Numbered from the stretch's first letter, positions 1-12,756 are shown. The stretch is DNA of 64,000 nucleotides from the human T2T-CHM13v2.0 reference genome, Homo sapiens (GCF_009914755.1 NC_060942.1), one strand, 5' to 3'. A program made the numbers and translations. The notes: generated by a model from the sequence alone, not told the origin.

Positions 1-1635
1 GTGGTCAGGAGGTTTAGAGCCAGGCCCACTGGGCCAGTGCAGCATATCAACAAATAACGTCCCCTCCCTCACCGAGTTGTAGTAAATGAACCTTTATAGC
101 TTTGTTTAATCTAGTATTTCCTTGAATTCATTCGACTTTAGAGGCCTTTTCTCCTGTAAAAAGGACTTAGATCCTGCAAAATATATGAAAGCTTGGCGAG
201 ATACTGAGGCGTTCCCATGAACGTGCCCGTTGCGTAATGGTCCCCAAATGGCCATTAGGTATAAGACAGAGATGCACAGCCACCCGGGAGTGAAGTAGAA
301 GCCGTCTTCTCAGTTTATTGTCTGTGGTACCTCGGGCCTGCCTTGGGACTTCTCTCCAAGAAAGAGAGCCCTTCCTCACTTTCCCTACCTGCTGGTTCTT
401 TTTCCCTCTTTCCCTCTGCCCCAGATGCTGCCTCCATCGTCTCTTTCTTTCTCTCCTCTCCTTCCTGCCTTGCTCAAGTTTGCTCCTACAGCCGAACAAG
501 CGCAACAATTGGTCAGAGCTGGGCCCAGAGCAACAAAACTAACCTCTGTATAAATATAGATACCAGAATAAATAGGGAGAATTTCAGCTGATCCATACGA
601 GATTCGCCTCCAGCCATATTTCCACCAGCTCCCCTCAGCCCCTCCTGGCCCGTCCCCACCTCCGCTGACCTGTATGTCTAATCACTAAAGTCAAGTTACG
701 TCAAGTAAAAGTCAAGTACTTAGTAAACCAGAGCAGTTTTCAAATATGTGAATTGTGTGTTGATACTGCTTTCCCCAGAATAAGGAAGGTGGCTGGACAA
801 AAGCCTGTCCCTGCCAGGACAAGGTAGCCTGACTATGGGGGACATGCTGCCCCTCATTCTTCTCATCATCCACCTGAGCTCAAAGAAGGGAGGGGAAAGA
901 AGATAAAAAGGGCTGGAGGAGCTGTCTAGGGCACAGGCGTAGCGGCAGGCAGAACCACTGTGTGGGGAGGGCAGAGAGGAAGTTCTGGAGGAGGGCAGAA
1001 GCCCAGCCTTCCTGGAAGAGTTTAGAGGTCCTCGGAAGCCCGAGAGTTGAGAAGCAGTCCAGGGTCAAGGGAATTTTTCTTCCCTTGAACTGTTAGTAAC
1101 TGGCTAGCAGTCTGAGCAGGGTCCCTCCCCTGCAGACTGGAGGCCCCTGTGGCAGGGCTCTGGGCACTGTCTCCCAAGTTCATGGTTCCAGGACCGTCTT
1201 CCTTCTTCCAGAGCTACCTCTCCTTCCCTCCTCCTATCCTCAGAAGGTTTCTGCTCCCAGGCCCTGTGGGAAGGCCCGCAGATAGAATCCCCCTATGGTA
1301 TTCCCCCAGCCCTCCTTCCAACATAGGAACATTTGTGCTAGACATGCCCTCATGAAGGTATCTGGAAGATTCTGCTCATAAATTTACACGTGTGCTTATA
1401 AAGAGTGAATGTGGCCTTTGAGGAGTTCACTTTAACATAGGGCCACTTTTATAGCAAAAATAGCACTTTAAGAACAAAGGGGACCTAGCACTTCCTGAGG
1501 GTCTGCCCTGGGTAAGCTCCCTCACAGCATCCCTGGGGCGATGATTAAAATCCCCTTTTCACAAAGGAAGAGATTGAGGCTCACAGGGTTAAATGACTTG
1601 TCCATGAGGGAATGCTGAAGTTAGGTATCACTTTA

Positions 1636-2027
<392 letters not shown>

Positions 2028-3026
2028 TAACCAGGAACAGCTGGGCTGGACCAGCATCTCAGGAGTCTGTCCTTTTTTCAGGGCTGGTATGCTCGACATC
2101 AGAAATTTGTTCAAGAGAGGAGAGCTAGATTAGAGGTATACTAATTAGAGAAAAAAAAAAACTGTAGTCCTGGCTAATTTAAGTGGGCTAACAGCTTAAA
2201 GAGGGTAGTGCTTAGAGCAGACTGCAAGGAAATGCCTTTGGAAAGCCGGACTGCACCCACACCCGGGATGGTGCAAATATGCCAAGCCCAGCTATGGCTG
2301 GAGACTAAACCTGTTCCAGCAGAGGCGCCCAGAGCTTCCTGGGCTCTCAGCAGCGCTCTTCTCATTTATGTAACATTTGGGACTTCCTTAAAGAGCAGAT
2401 GCAACTGATTTCCAGCTTGTTGTTTTTACATACATAACTGTAATTCATAAGGAGAAATACCAAAGAGTGGAGGACTGCAACCCTGTCTTTTGCTTCTGCT
2501 TTGTTTTTCCACACCCAGAGAGAAATGAGCTGCTGGGGCAACTCCATGCCATTGAAAGACCACAAGTTTCCTGTGGCAGCTCCAGAGGGGAAGGGACAAT
2601 GGTGCAAAGATCTTGACTACTTTGGGGAACATGCTCCGAATCCTCAAGCCCTTCATGATTCCAGAAGGTTGGACTCCAGACTGGAAACTCCTTAACATGT
2701 GCTTCCTGATGCTGCACTCCTGTCTCCTCTCCCCTCCACCACCCCCAAGCTGTGACCTGGGTTCCTTGCAACTCAACCTCCTACTCTCTCCTCCCAGCCC
2801 CAGAATCTGGGGGTCAGCCTGGAGATACTGAGTGTCTGGCAGACTCAGCTCTGGTTCCATATGTGGCTCTCTGGGGACTGGACTCTTCAGTCCTCATGAC
2901 TTACGAAAGAGTCTGGCCCAGAAGGAACGGATGAAGGAGAAGGATGAGGAGGTCGGAGGGCAACAAGGAGGAGTGGAGGAGAAAGGGTGATATGAAATTC
3001 CAGGAGGAGGTCTGACGCTTGCTGGA

Positions 3027-3194
3027 TAGGGTTGCCAGACTTAGCAAATAAAAACACGGGATGCCAGTTACATTTAAGCTTCACATCAACAATAAATACT
3101 TTTTACTGTAAGTACATACTTATACTAAAAATGTATCCTTTGTCTATCTGAAATTCAAATTTAACTGGCCATCTATATTTTATCTGACAGCCAT
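3027..3194. mobile_element. MER53-like palindromic hAT MITE
   Basis: Starts tagggttgccagacttagcaaataaaaa, ends tatctgacagccata; internal inverted arms (ccagtta...taactgg). Family assigned from memory. Confidence 0.7.
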
Positions 3195-4187
3195 ACTTCT
3201 GGATGCTTTCGAGTTTTCCCTCTCCCATCTAACACCATGCCCTGAGCACATTTCCTGCAAACTGTATTTTTATTACTCTCAGCTCAAGGACCTCCCACCA
3301 TTTCCACTGCCTACCACACCCCGTGAAACACCCCCCTCTGCATAGTGGAAACCCCCCAGCACAGACACCACACCCCCACGCCTGGTCTCCCTCTCACTGT
3401 CCTCTGGCTCGTCTCACCCCAGCCCCATGCCTTCCTCATCCAATTCTCCCCACGTGGAGTTCCCTCCCTTCCTTTTTGTGTATTTATATCCATCTGCCTT
3501 CCTTGTCGTTTCATTGTTAGGTGCCTCGCAGATTTCACTGCTATAAACATAATTTTCATCTAAGCTCAGCGCTTAGGCTTCCTGAGGGCAGGGACCAGTC
3601 TCCTCTTCCTGACTCCTCAACAATGCCCAGCTCTGGTGGCCTGAGGCAGGTGAGTGGGGAGGGCAGGAGGGGAGCAAAAAGCAGGGTAGACAGAGAAGGA
3701 GTTGGGGCAGGACAGAGAGCTGGAGAGAGGAGGCGAAGGGGTGGGCAGGAGAGGGGCCTGGCTAGGTGACTGCCCTGCCCAGGTGTCACGCTCTGATTTA
3801 GCCTCGGGCTCAGGCCAGGCCACTCTCACCATGAGAGGAGAGGGGCTACTGGGGGAATGGGTGTGGCTGGGCTCTGCCTGCTGCCCCTCCTACCCCTGTC
3901 AAGGTGGCCCCTTTCCCTTCTCAGTAGGTTGGAATTTGTCTGGAAGAGGAAACCCATTTCTTGGACCGGGAGTGGGAGATGGGGAGCCAGGTTGTGTGGG
4001 TAGGGAAAGCCAAGAAGCAAAAGGAGTAGTGGGAGAGAGAAGGGTGAGATGAGGCTGGTGAGGGCCATGGAGCAGCTGGGGCGGGGGCAATGTGAAGGAG
4101 CAGGTTAAAAGCAGTCGGACACCGGTAGGTTGGTGCGAGCACCGCCCTGTCCTAGGTGAAGCTAATTGGTTTGTTATCTTTACCCAC

Positions 4188-4331
4188 CAAAGCATTTACT
4201 TTGGTTAGTCGCCCGATCCACAAACACTTTCGAGGAGATGACATTACCGAAAGGGAGGAACATCTGCATCAGCTCAGCGTCCCCAAACTCCTGGGGCAGA
4301 TGGTAGATGAACAGGTTACAGCCCTCGGGCC
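4188..4331 (-). CDS. CELF4: CELF4 exon 11 (144 nt long form; 84 nt short form ending at 4248), RRM3 N-terminal part, [28 protein letters not shown][[20 protein letters not shown]]G
   Basis: Acceptor tcaccgcag|GG; donors TTCG|gtaatg (4247) and TTTG|gtgggt (4187), 60 nt apart and in the same phase. Confidence 0.94.
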
Positions 4332-5064
4332 CTGCGGTGAGGGGAGGGGGTGGGCGGGGGAGGAGGGATGGCAGGGTGGGGGAAGAGAGAGACAGAGGAG
4401 AGGTGAGCGAGTTAGGCAGCGCAGCAGGGAGGGGTGGGGGCAAGGTTAGGAGGGGGAGTCTCATTCCAGATCCAAGGGCGCCCCAGAAGAGGCAGGGATG
4501 CTGAGCCCCGGGTCTGAGCTCCGGTCTCTGCTCTGCCCTTGGGCAAGTCACTGAACCTCTCTGTGCCTCAGTTGCCTTTTCTATAAAATGGATCTGTAGC
4601 AGAGGCTTAGAAACCCTAGGGCTCCAGAGGCGGAGTCGACCTACTGCTGTGTCTCTGGAAACCAGGTGCTGAAGATAGGGAAGGCCCAGGAGATCCGGGA
4701 GGCCTCCCTCCTGCCCTGCCCCTGCTCTGGGGGGACCAGGGCATCCCCTGGGGCAGCCAAGTCCTGTGCTGGGGAGACCCCCCACTTTCCCTTCTCGCAG
4801 GCCAGTCTCAGACTCTGGGATTGGGGTGCCCATCCTCCCCCTGGCCTGCAGCCTCTCTTTCTCATCTGCCCCTGATGGCCCAACTGTCCTGCCCAGTTCC
4901 ACACACCCAGGAAACCAAGATTTATCCTGCCTCCTCCTGTGTAGGTGCGTAGGAAGCGCTGCAACTGAGGCTCTATGATTAGCCAGGGAACCCTCCAGCC
5001 TCATGACATGAAGGTTCTTCATTTCGTTACCACAGTAACAGCCCTGCGACTTCAGCAGCACAAA

Positions 5065-5270
5065 CTATGTGTCAGGCTGTTCTGAGCACTTTACATGTCT
5101 CTAACTCACTTAATCCTTACAGCAACCCTGTGACATTATTATCATCATTGCCACTTCACAGATGAGGAAGTGAGGCCCAGAGAGGTTAAGTCACCTGCCA
5201 AAACACGCACAGCTGGGAGGGGCCTGGAGCCAGGACATGAGCCTAGCCTGTCTCCATAGAGTGAATTCTT
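5065..5270 (-). mobile_element. MIR
   Basis: Core cagatgaggaagtgaggcccagagaggttaagtcacctgcc. Confidence 0.8.
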
Positions 5271-8200
5271 TCCCTCTTGCTACCAAAAATCTCAATATCC
5301 CAGATCCCCTGAACACTATGCAGGGCTTTAGCTTTCTAAAATTCCCAATAACTAACCATTTACCTGTTTCTTTTGAAATAGTCAAAATGCTCAATTTTAA
5401 CTCTTTAAAATGGAAATCGTTCCAAGATGCGTCTTAGATAGCATATGCCACATATAATTTCATCTTTTAAAGTGACTTGTGGTCATTTCAATGATGGTGT
5501 CCAAGCTGTGGTGGGAATGGGAAGGAACCAACTGCACCTAGTGTTGTGTAAGAAGCAAGGTTCTGACCAGAGGCTGCTGGAAACCTAGGCATGAGCTCAA
5601 CAGTGAAGGCTGTAAGGCACCAACATGGGCCGCTGCATGGCTTTCACGCCAGAGCCAACCGTCCTTGTTCTCTGGGAGCCATGAGGCTGCCAGACAACCC
5701 AGTTCTGGAGTAAAGGTTCGATTTAGAGACTCTGCACCTTCTCTTCTGCTCCTCTACCTTCCACTCTCCTCCTTTTCTCCATCTATCTCTATTCCCTCAA
5801 GGTCCACAGCCTAGAACAAAAATTTCCCCAACCCCTAAAGCTGCCCAAGGAGCCACTGGCTTCCTCCCTCCTTGGTGCTCGCCCTGTGCCCTCTGCCCAC
5901 CCCAGCCCTTCGGCCTCCCCTCCCTGGACTGCTGGCTCCCAGGCATCCTGCTGGGGGACGGCGCATTCAGAACCGGGCACAAACATGCTCCCTCACCCCC
6001 TTCCAGGGGTTCCTGGTGCTGGATACCCCCGAGCTCTGGTGGCCCTCCCCTCACCCTGTCCCCTCCAACCATGCTGTCTTCCCACTGGTTCATGCCCTGT
6101 GAATGTGCCCTTGATGGCCCCCAGCTCCCCATACCCTCCCTCTCTGAAAGAACCTCCAGCCTCTCTCTGCTCATGCCCGAATCCACACTTCATCCTCTGG
6201 GGTGGGGCTCTTTCTCTTTTATGTCTAGAGGTTTTTCTCTCCAACCAGACTGGCTGCTCCCAGGGGCATGCTCCTTCTTGTGTCCTCCTGCCCAGCCCCC
6301 TCCAGCCCCCCCCACACCTCCCTTCCTCCTCCCATCCTCACTCTTCCAGGCCCTGACTGCTCCAGCCCATGCTGACACCTGCCTTGACTTGGGGCCCTGG
6401 CTCTGAGTTCAAGTTCTGCAAGCTGCTTTATGTGGAAGCTACATCTGTTCTCCTTAGAGATAAGGAGCCTTCACAGACAGGGCCCGCAGGCTCAATCCCA
6501 CATGCGCGGTGTGTGGCGGAGCCCCAGGGATGACTCTCTAGCCCAGGCCTGACGAAGAAGCCAGGGCAGCAGCTCTAGTCCCTTCCCCTGGACAGTGAGC
6601 CCACACGCTGTCTAACTCCAGCTACCGCCAAGCCCTTCTGCACTCCCTCATTCACAGATTACAGAACATGCAGATGGCAGAGCTGGCAGGACTTTAGAGA
6701 CCAATGTGGTCCAGCCCAGCCTTCTGAGAAATGGTGAAGCGGAGCTGCAGAGACAGAAAGCGGCTACCCCTGACCACCTTGCAGCCCTGGCAGAGCCGCT
6801 GCGGCAGCCATCCCTGAGGGCAACCTCATCCCATCTGTGGGGCAGATGGCCTCTGGGGAATTCAGGCATCTGTCTGTTTTCAGGCTCAGCTCAAAGATGA
6901 GGAGGTGGCAGAAGGGTCCTCCCCTGCCACCAGAATATCCTGGTATTTCCATGACATTCCACATGGGGAGGGGACCATGACATAAAGAAGCCAACTCTTG
7001 GCAGGGTTGGAGGAACACAGCCTTCTTTCTTGTTCATGACTCGGACAACTCTGTGGGACACGGCTTTGGCCAGGCTCCAGCCCACCTTGCGCCTGTCTCT
7101 CCCTGGCCCCATGCTCACCTTGGACTCTGCAGCAGCTGCACTTTTAATCCCGCTGTTCCCCCTGCCTGGACCTCCTGCCTCCCCAGCTCTATGTGCTGCC
7201 AACCTCTGCTCATCCTTCCAGACCCACAGAAGCCTTCCTGACAAACCACTCCCAGTGCCGCGCTCTCACCCGCCCATGCTGTGCGGCTCTGTTGGTATCG
7301 TGCATTACTCTTCCCCATCCCCTGCATCCCTGGGGTGGCTCAACCCATGGACCATGGCCTGGGAGAATGGGGACAATAGCAGCAGATCCTGCCACCCCAA
7401 GGAGAGGCTGGAGCCAGGACTGGCCACAGAGGGCCTAGACTAGGGAGCAAGGTGTGTGTGTGGGGTGGGGGAGCGGGGGGCAGGAATTGCAGCTGCTCAG
7501 AGATGGAGAGAAGGAATGAGGAGGAGTTCAGAGCTACACATATGGGATGGTGGAGTGTAGGGTGGGAGAGGGGCAGGAGGGCCCATGGGGGCCTCAGTTT
7601 AAGGCCTGCAGTAGGGGCTGTCATGTGTGTTGGGCAGGGTGCCATTGACCTATGGCTGTGTGAAGGGTGGGGCAGGATTTAGAGACCCCTGAGCCAATAG
7701 GCCAGAGTGATTCAGGGAGCTGACAATGGCACCAGTGGGAGAAAAGATATCAGGGCCTGTAGGCACAGCTCTCTGTTCTGGACCTGGAGCGGGCAACATG
7801 GGGACTCCTGGACCCCACCCCTTGTGGCCCTGGTCTTACTGATGAAGGCTTGGACTGTGGGGAAGGCAAGGGCAAGGCAGGCCCAGGGCTGCAGCCTGAT
7901 GAGGGGACCACCCCCACCCCCACTTCACCAGTGGTAGCCCAGTGTCCCTCAGCTGCAGCAGCGTGAGGCAGGGTATGGGCTGGGCCTTCCTGTGCACCCC
8001 TCTGGGTTCCTGTAACTTGGCTTTCCTGGGCATGGGAAGCCCTGATGCCCCTGATCTCAGAAGTTGCCTGCTGGGTGTGAGCTGGGGTGGTATGCCTCAT
8101 GCACAGCCTTGGAAGGGGTGGTAGCTTGGTAAAGGAAGGGCAGTGTGCACTGAGAATGGAGTTTGGGGGCAGACTCAGCCGGCTTGGTCCTCACACCCCT

Positions 8201-9740
8201 CCAGAGAACGCTCCCCACTCTCCTCACTTTGCTGTGAGGACACTGAGGCTGAGGGGATAGAGTGATTTGTTCAGATTCACAGGGAAGGAGGTGCCAGAGT
8301 CCCACCCAAAAGGGTTTTCTCTGAAGGCCAGGCTCTCAGCCAGGCAGGCTGTGGCACCTCTTTGGGGTCTGAGGGACTTGTCTGGCACTGGGGCCTGTCA
8401 AATGATGTTGGACCAGCAGACTCTTGAGGCTCTTTCCAGGACTAACCTACATCGGAGGGCTCCAGGACACTATGCTGCAGGGGCTATGAGTCAGGATTTT
8501 GGAGGCCATCGGAAGGCTCTGACCACATGGGCTGCAGGGGCAGATTTGGTGCCTCACTACCCAGTGACCATTTCCATAGGGGTAGAGAGGATGGGACCTT
8601 GTTAGTGTCCTGCCCCCTCAAGCTGAGCTCTCTGTGGCAGGCCCACAGAGTCCCAGACGGTGCGCCTGTTCATCCAGCCTCCTGTCTTCCTGCTTATGTG
8701 GGTACCTAGGCACTGGGATGGGAAGACACTGACTGGCATTCCGAGATCCCTGGCATCTGACCCAAAGATCTTGCTGTCCTGCCCTGTTCACACCAGGGCC
8801 TTGGGACACAGCTTTCCAGGATCACCCCCTTCTTCCACTAGGCCTGTACTGGGGCATTCTCATCTCTTCTCACCCTGCCCACGCAGTCCTGCCCTGGGAG
8901 CTCCACCTGCCTCTCCTGGTCACCCAGAGGGCACAGCTCCTGTGGGTGATAAACTCATCTCCCTCTCTCATTCCCCTCAGCCATGAGCACTCCTACTTCT
9001 CCCCACCCTCCCCACTGGCCAAATCCTGCCCACCAGAGGAGGGGGATTCTTGGACCCCACCTCCTCTGGGGCTTCCCTTCCTGACCCTCTCAGCCTGGTT
9101 ACCATCTTTTCCTCAATGCACACAGCTATCAGAGCTGGTTCTGCAAACCACCATGTTGTTGGAGTCTCATCTCCCAGCTATTCTCCCTGGGAACACAGTG
9201 GTGGGTCCTCCAGTGAAGACCCCAAGGATGGGCCTCTATCTCCTCTGGAAGACCAGAAACTCCCTGGGTCAAGGACAAGGCCTGCACTGGTACACACAGG
9301 CCTAACCTCTGCTAGGTTCTGCTTAAGGGATGGTTCAAGGGCTTGCCAAGGAAGAAACACAAACCCAACCATTCAGAAGGGGTTCTCATAGACCAAGGTT
9401 TTGATATGTGAGCTCTGTGTCAGGCCAGCAGCAATGATTGAGGGGAGTAGGAAAGGTGCCTCGTGTGGGACCTGCCAGCCCTCAGGGCATTCTGTCCAGG
9501 CCCCTGCCCCTGGGCCAGACACCACTCTGGTGTACAGAGCTGTCCACAAGAAGCGGACCTCTACCCTTAAGTTGGAGAGCGCCACTCCTCACAGCACTGC
9601 TGTCTTCCCTTGCCCACCTCAACACAGCACACAAACGTGGTCACCTTTCCAACGCACACCCCAGCCCAAGGCCCAGGTGAGCAGCCTCTTTGGGGACAAC
9701 AGGGGGAGGGAGGGGCCCAGGAGCTGGCCTGCAGACTCAC

Positions 9741-9824
9741 CTTCTCTCTGCTGCTGGGGGATCATTGGAGGCGGCTGAGGAAAGGCCTGGCTTATCTGAC
9801 CATAGGCAGCAGGGTAGGCAGCTG
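9741..9824 (-). CDS. CELF4: CELF4 exon 10 (84 nt; 81 nt with the distal NAGNAG acceptor), [28 protein letters not shown]
   Basis: Acceptor ctccag|cag|, donor GAAG|gtgagt; lies within ORF 9619..9942. Confidence 0.95.
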
Positions 9825-10014
9825 CTGGAGGCCCAAGACAAGAAGCAAGAGCCGGCGACAAGGCAGAGAGTGGAAGCAGGAAGAAAGAGAGAGATTTCAG
9901 TGCAGGCAGTAAAAGCAGATCAGCCAAAAAGCGCCCTGCCACTCAGCCACTTAGGACAAAGCCAGCTTTCAGTTCCCAGACTAACAGAGGAGTTGCAAGG
10001 TGAAGAGTGGAAAT

Positions 10015-10375
10015 GGGTGTGTGGGTGTGTGTACGTGTGTGTGTGCGTGTGTGTACATTACATGCATACATGCATGTACGTGTGGGGATGTGTGTGTACG
10101 TGTGTGTGTACATTACATGTGTACATGCAAGTGTGGGTGTACGTGTGTGTACAGTACATGCATACATGCAAGTGTGTGGGTGTGTGTGTACATTACATGC
10201 ATACATGCATGTGTGTGGGTGTATGTGTGTGCGTGCGTGTACATTACATGTGTACATGCACGTGTGTGGGTGTGTACGTGTGTGTACGTGTGTGCGCGCA
10301 CGTGCACTTGTGTACATGGTGTTAGTGCATGTGTGCATACATTACATGCACACATGCACGTGTGTGTGTGTATGT
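10015..10375. repeat. Degenerate (TG)n/TACATGCA minisatellite in intron 9
   Basis: About five to six copies of a GTGTACATTACATGCATACATGCA-type unit separated by GT runs. Confidence 0.92.
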
Positions 10376-11599
10376 TTTGGGGGAGGCAAGTTGAATTTCA
10401 AATAGTGGATGAACCACATGTGTGCATAACACACAATCATGGATAATTAAAAACACCAAAATGGCCTGGACAAGATCACCCCACACCACCTGGAATCCAC
10501 AGGAAGGATTTCCCACTTCTCTGAGCCACAGCTGACTCCAGCTGGCAGGCCCTCACTCCCACTCAAACGGCACCTGTGTGGGAGGTGGGGGCCACCTGAG
10601 GTGTGGACTTGGCCTCTGGGAAGGCTGCCAGGGGGTAGTCCCCAGGGGCAGAGGACTGAGTTGGATAAACCTGATTGTCCAACTGGAAAGGGCCTGAGGT
10701 AGGACAGGAGTGGCCGGCTCCCTCCTCTGCCTGGCCTGGCTCCCATAGCAACAGAGCCTGAAGTCAGAGCTCAGGGGACCCAAGAGGTGACAGCACCTCC
10801 TCTGGGCTCCAGATGTGCCAGGCCAGCTTCACCTCAGTCCCCTCACCCCTTGCCAGGTAGCCCCACTGCACTCATGGGAGACAGCACTGGCTCTTCTAAG
10901 CACAGGGAAGAGAGACCCTGATCAGGTCAGGCAGTAGGACACAGGCTAGGCAGGGATGATGATGGGGTGCTGTGTAGTCCAGGGGTGACAGAAAGAGAGA
11001 AGCCTGGCTGACAGCTCGGCTTAGGCTCAGTGACCCCAGGCCCTCTGCTCACTCAGGGCTGTCCCTTCCCACCTCTCCTCCTCTGCTCCCTGTCACACCT
11101 GCTGGGGCCCCATCCTGCTGCCAGTGTGTGAGGAAGGGAATGGGGAAACGGCATCTCTTCTAGAGGCCCTCCTTCTCTCAAACCAGGCATCTGTGCTTCC
11201 TGGGCCAGTGACTGTGGCCCATGGTGGGCAGCATCCAGGTCCAGCCTCGCCTGTGGTGCTGGTGTCAGACCTGGTGCTCCTGGGCAAAGTGGCCCTGGAA
11301 GCTCCATGGGGAAGGGAAATCTGGCCTCAAAGACAGGTAACTGCCTAGCAAGGGTGAAACTTCCACCTGGCCTGCCCACTTGCCTGAAGTTCTGCCCAAC
11401 CCCACTGCAGGGGCACTCTCGGTGGCCCGCTGACAAGAAGGCAGCCTGGAGGGTCTCTGCCAGCACAGCCCTCCCTCTTTCCACTCTCTCTCCCCACCCC
11501 ATGCAGTGCTGGCCCCAGGCCTGAGGGGGCACTGGTGTCACAGGCGTGGAGAGATAAACGGAGTTGGGGAAGGAGCCGTGGGGACGCGTGGATACTAAC

Positions 11600-11665
11600 G
11601 ACCTGCATACTGCTGCACTCCGGCGTAGGCCTGCTGCAGGGGGTCCGCGGCGGTGGGGCTCTGTG
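11600..11665 (-). CDS. CELF4: CELF4 exon 9 (66 nt), [22 protein letters not shown]
   Basis: Acceptor ccctacag|CA, donor GGTC|gttagt (a second GT lies 3 nt upstream); DPLQQAYAG motif typical of CELF3-6; not captured by the ORF track in this frame. Confidence 0.93.
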
Positions 11666-12756
11666 CTGTAGGGAGCCAAGGGGACAGAGGTCAGCAGTGC
11701 CCACCACACTGGCCCTTCCCCTCATGCCCATGGGGACAATGATGTAGCTGTACTGCCTTTTCTGGCTACTGCAGGCTGTGCCCTGGGGCAGGGCATCCGA
11801 GACAGAAACCCTGAGTGCCTGGACCCTCTGGGGGTCACCTTCCCTAGCCCAGGGCTCTTGGCAGGGTAGACAGTTGCCCACCCTGGCTGGGGGATGCAAG
11901 CTGCAGTTGGCCTAGGGCTGGGGTAAGATGGGGGCTCATGCAGAGCACTGTGGAGGGTTGGGGAGGAGATGCCAAGGAAGCCTCAACACTGAGATGCTGG
12001 TGGTGGGGGGGGACACACAAGGGGCCCAGCCCTGCAGAAGGGCTGTGGGGAAAGGGGAGGGGGCTGGCAGCCCCCAGTGGGTGAAAGAAAGGGCAAGAAG
12101 GCCTCACACTACCACTTTGTCCTCCTGGGCCACTGTGCCTGCTCACACAGAGGGACGCGCCCTCACTGTCAGGGAAGCTGCACCAGGCATGGAGGTCTTC
12201 CACCCCCAGCCCATGGCTAAGTTCCTTTCAGCAGGGACCAGCTACGCAAATAGGGTCTTCCCAGCAAACTGGGAGAGGGGTGCTGCCCGCAGAACCGAGG
12301 AACCAGGAGACCAAGGACCTTCCTCCTGTCTTCTGACACTGTGACCCTGGGATGTCTCCTGCCCAGTGGGAAGAGAGGTCCCCTGTACAGATACTTTGGC
12401 AAGAAACTCAGGGAAGTTGGGCTGAGAGAAAGGCTTGGTTCCCTTCTGTTGTCTTTGCTGTCTCTGCTGAAGCTGTGGGCAAAAGCCTGAAGCATGGGCC
12501 AGCAGTAGGCACTGGTTTTGGCGACCAAGGCTGGTGGTGACTAATGTGGGAGTGGGCTGGCTTTGGAAGCCCAGAGAGGTGGTAGAGGCAGGGACTGCCC
12601 AGAGGGAGGATGGAGCCCTAGGATGCTTGAGGGAAAACTGGATAACACGAGGTGGCAGGAAGAAACTATCTGGGCTTATCCGCCTGTCAACTCAGGCCAG
12701 CTAAGCTAAGTGGCCATGCCAGGCTTTGGGACCTTTAGTCTAGGGAGAGTGCCTCA

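Noticed and set aside
4332-5061. N-terminal part of the 293-aa ORF 4180..5061
   Set aside because: Intronic read-through upstream of the exon 11 acceptor; crosses MIR-like sequence and a pyrimidine tract, with no protein-like content.
9690-10516. Overlapping ORFs rich in CV/HT
   Set aside because: Translations of the TG/CATG repeat; only 9741-9824 on the minus strand is coding.
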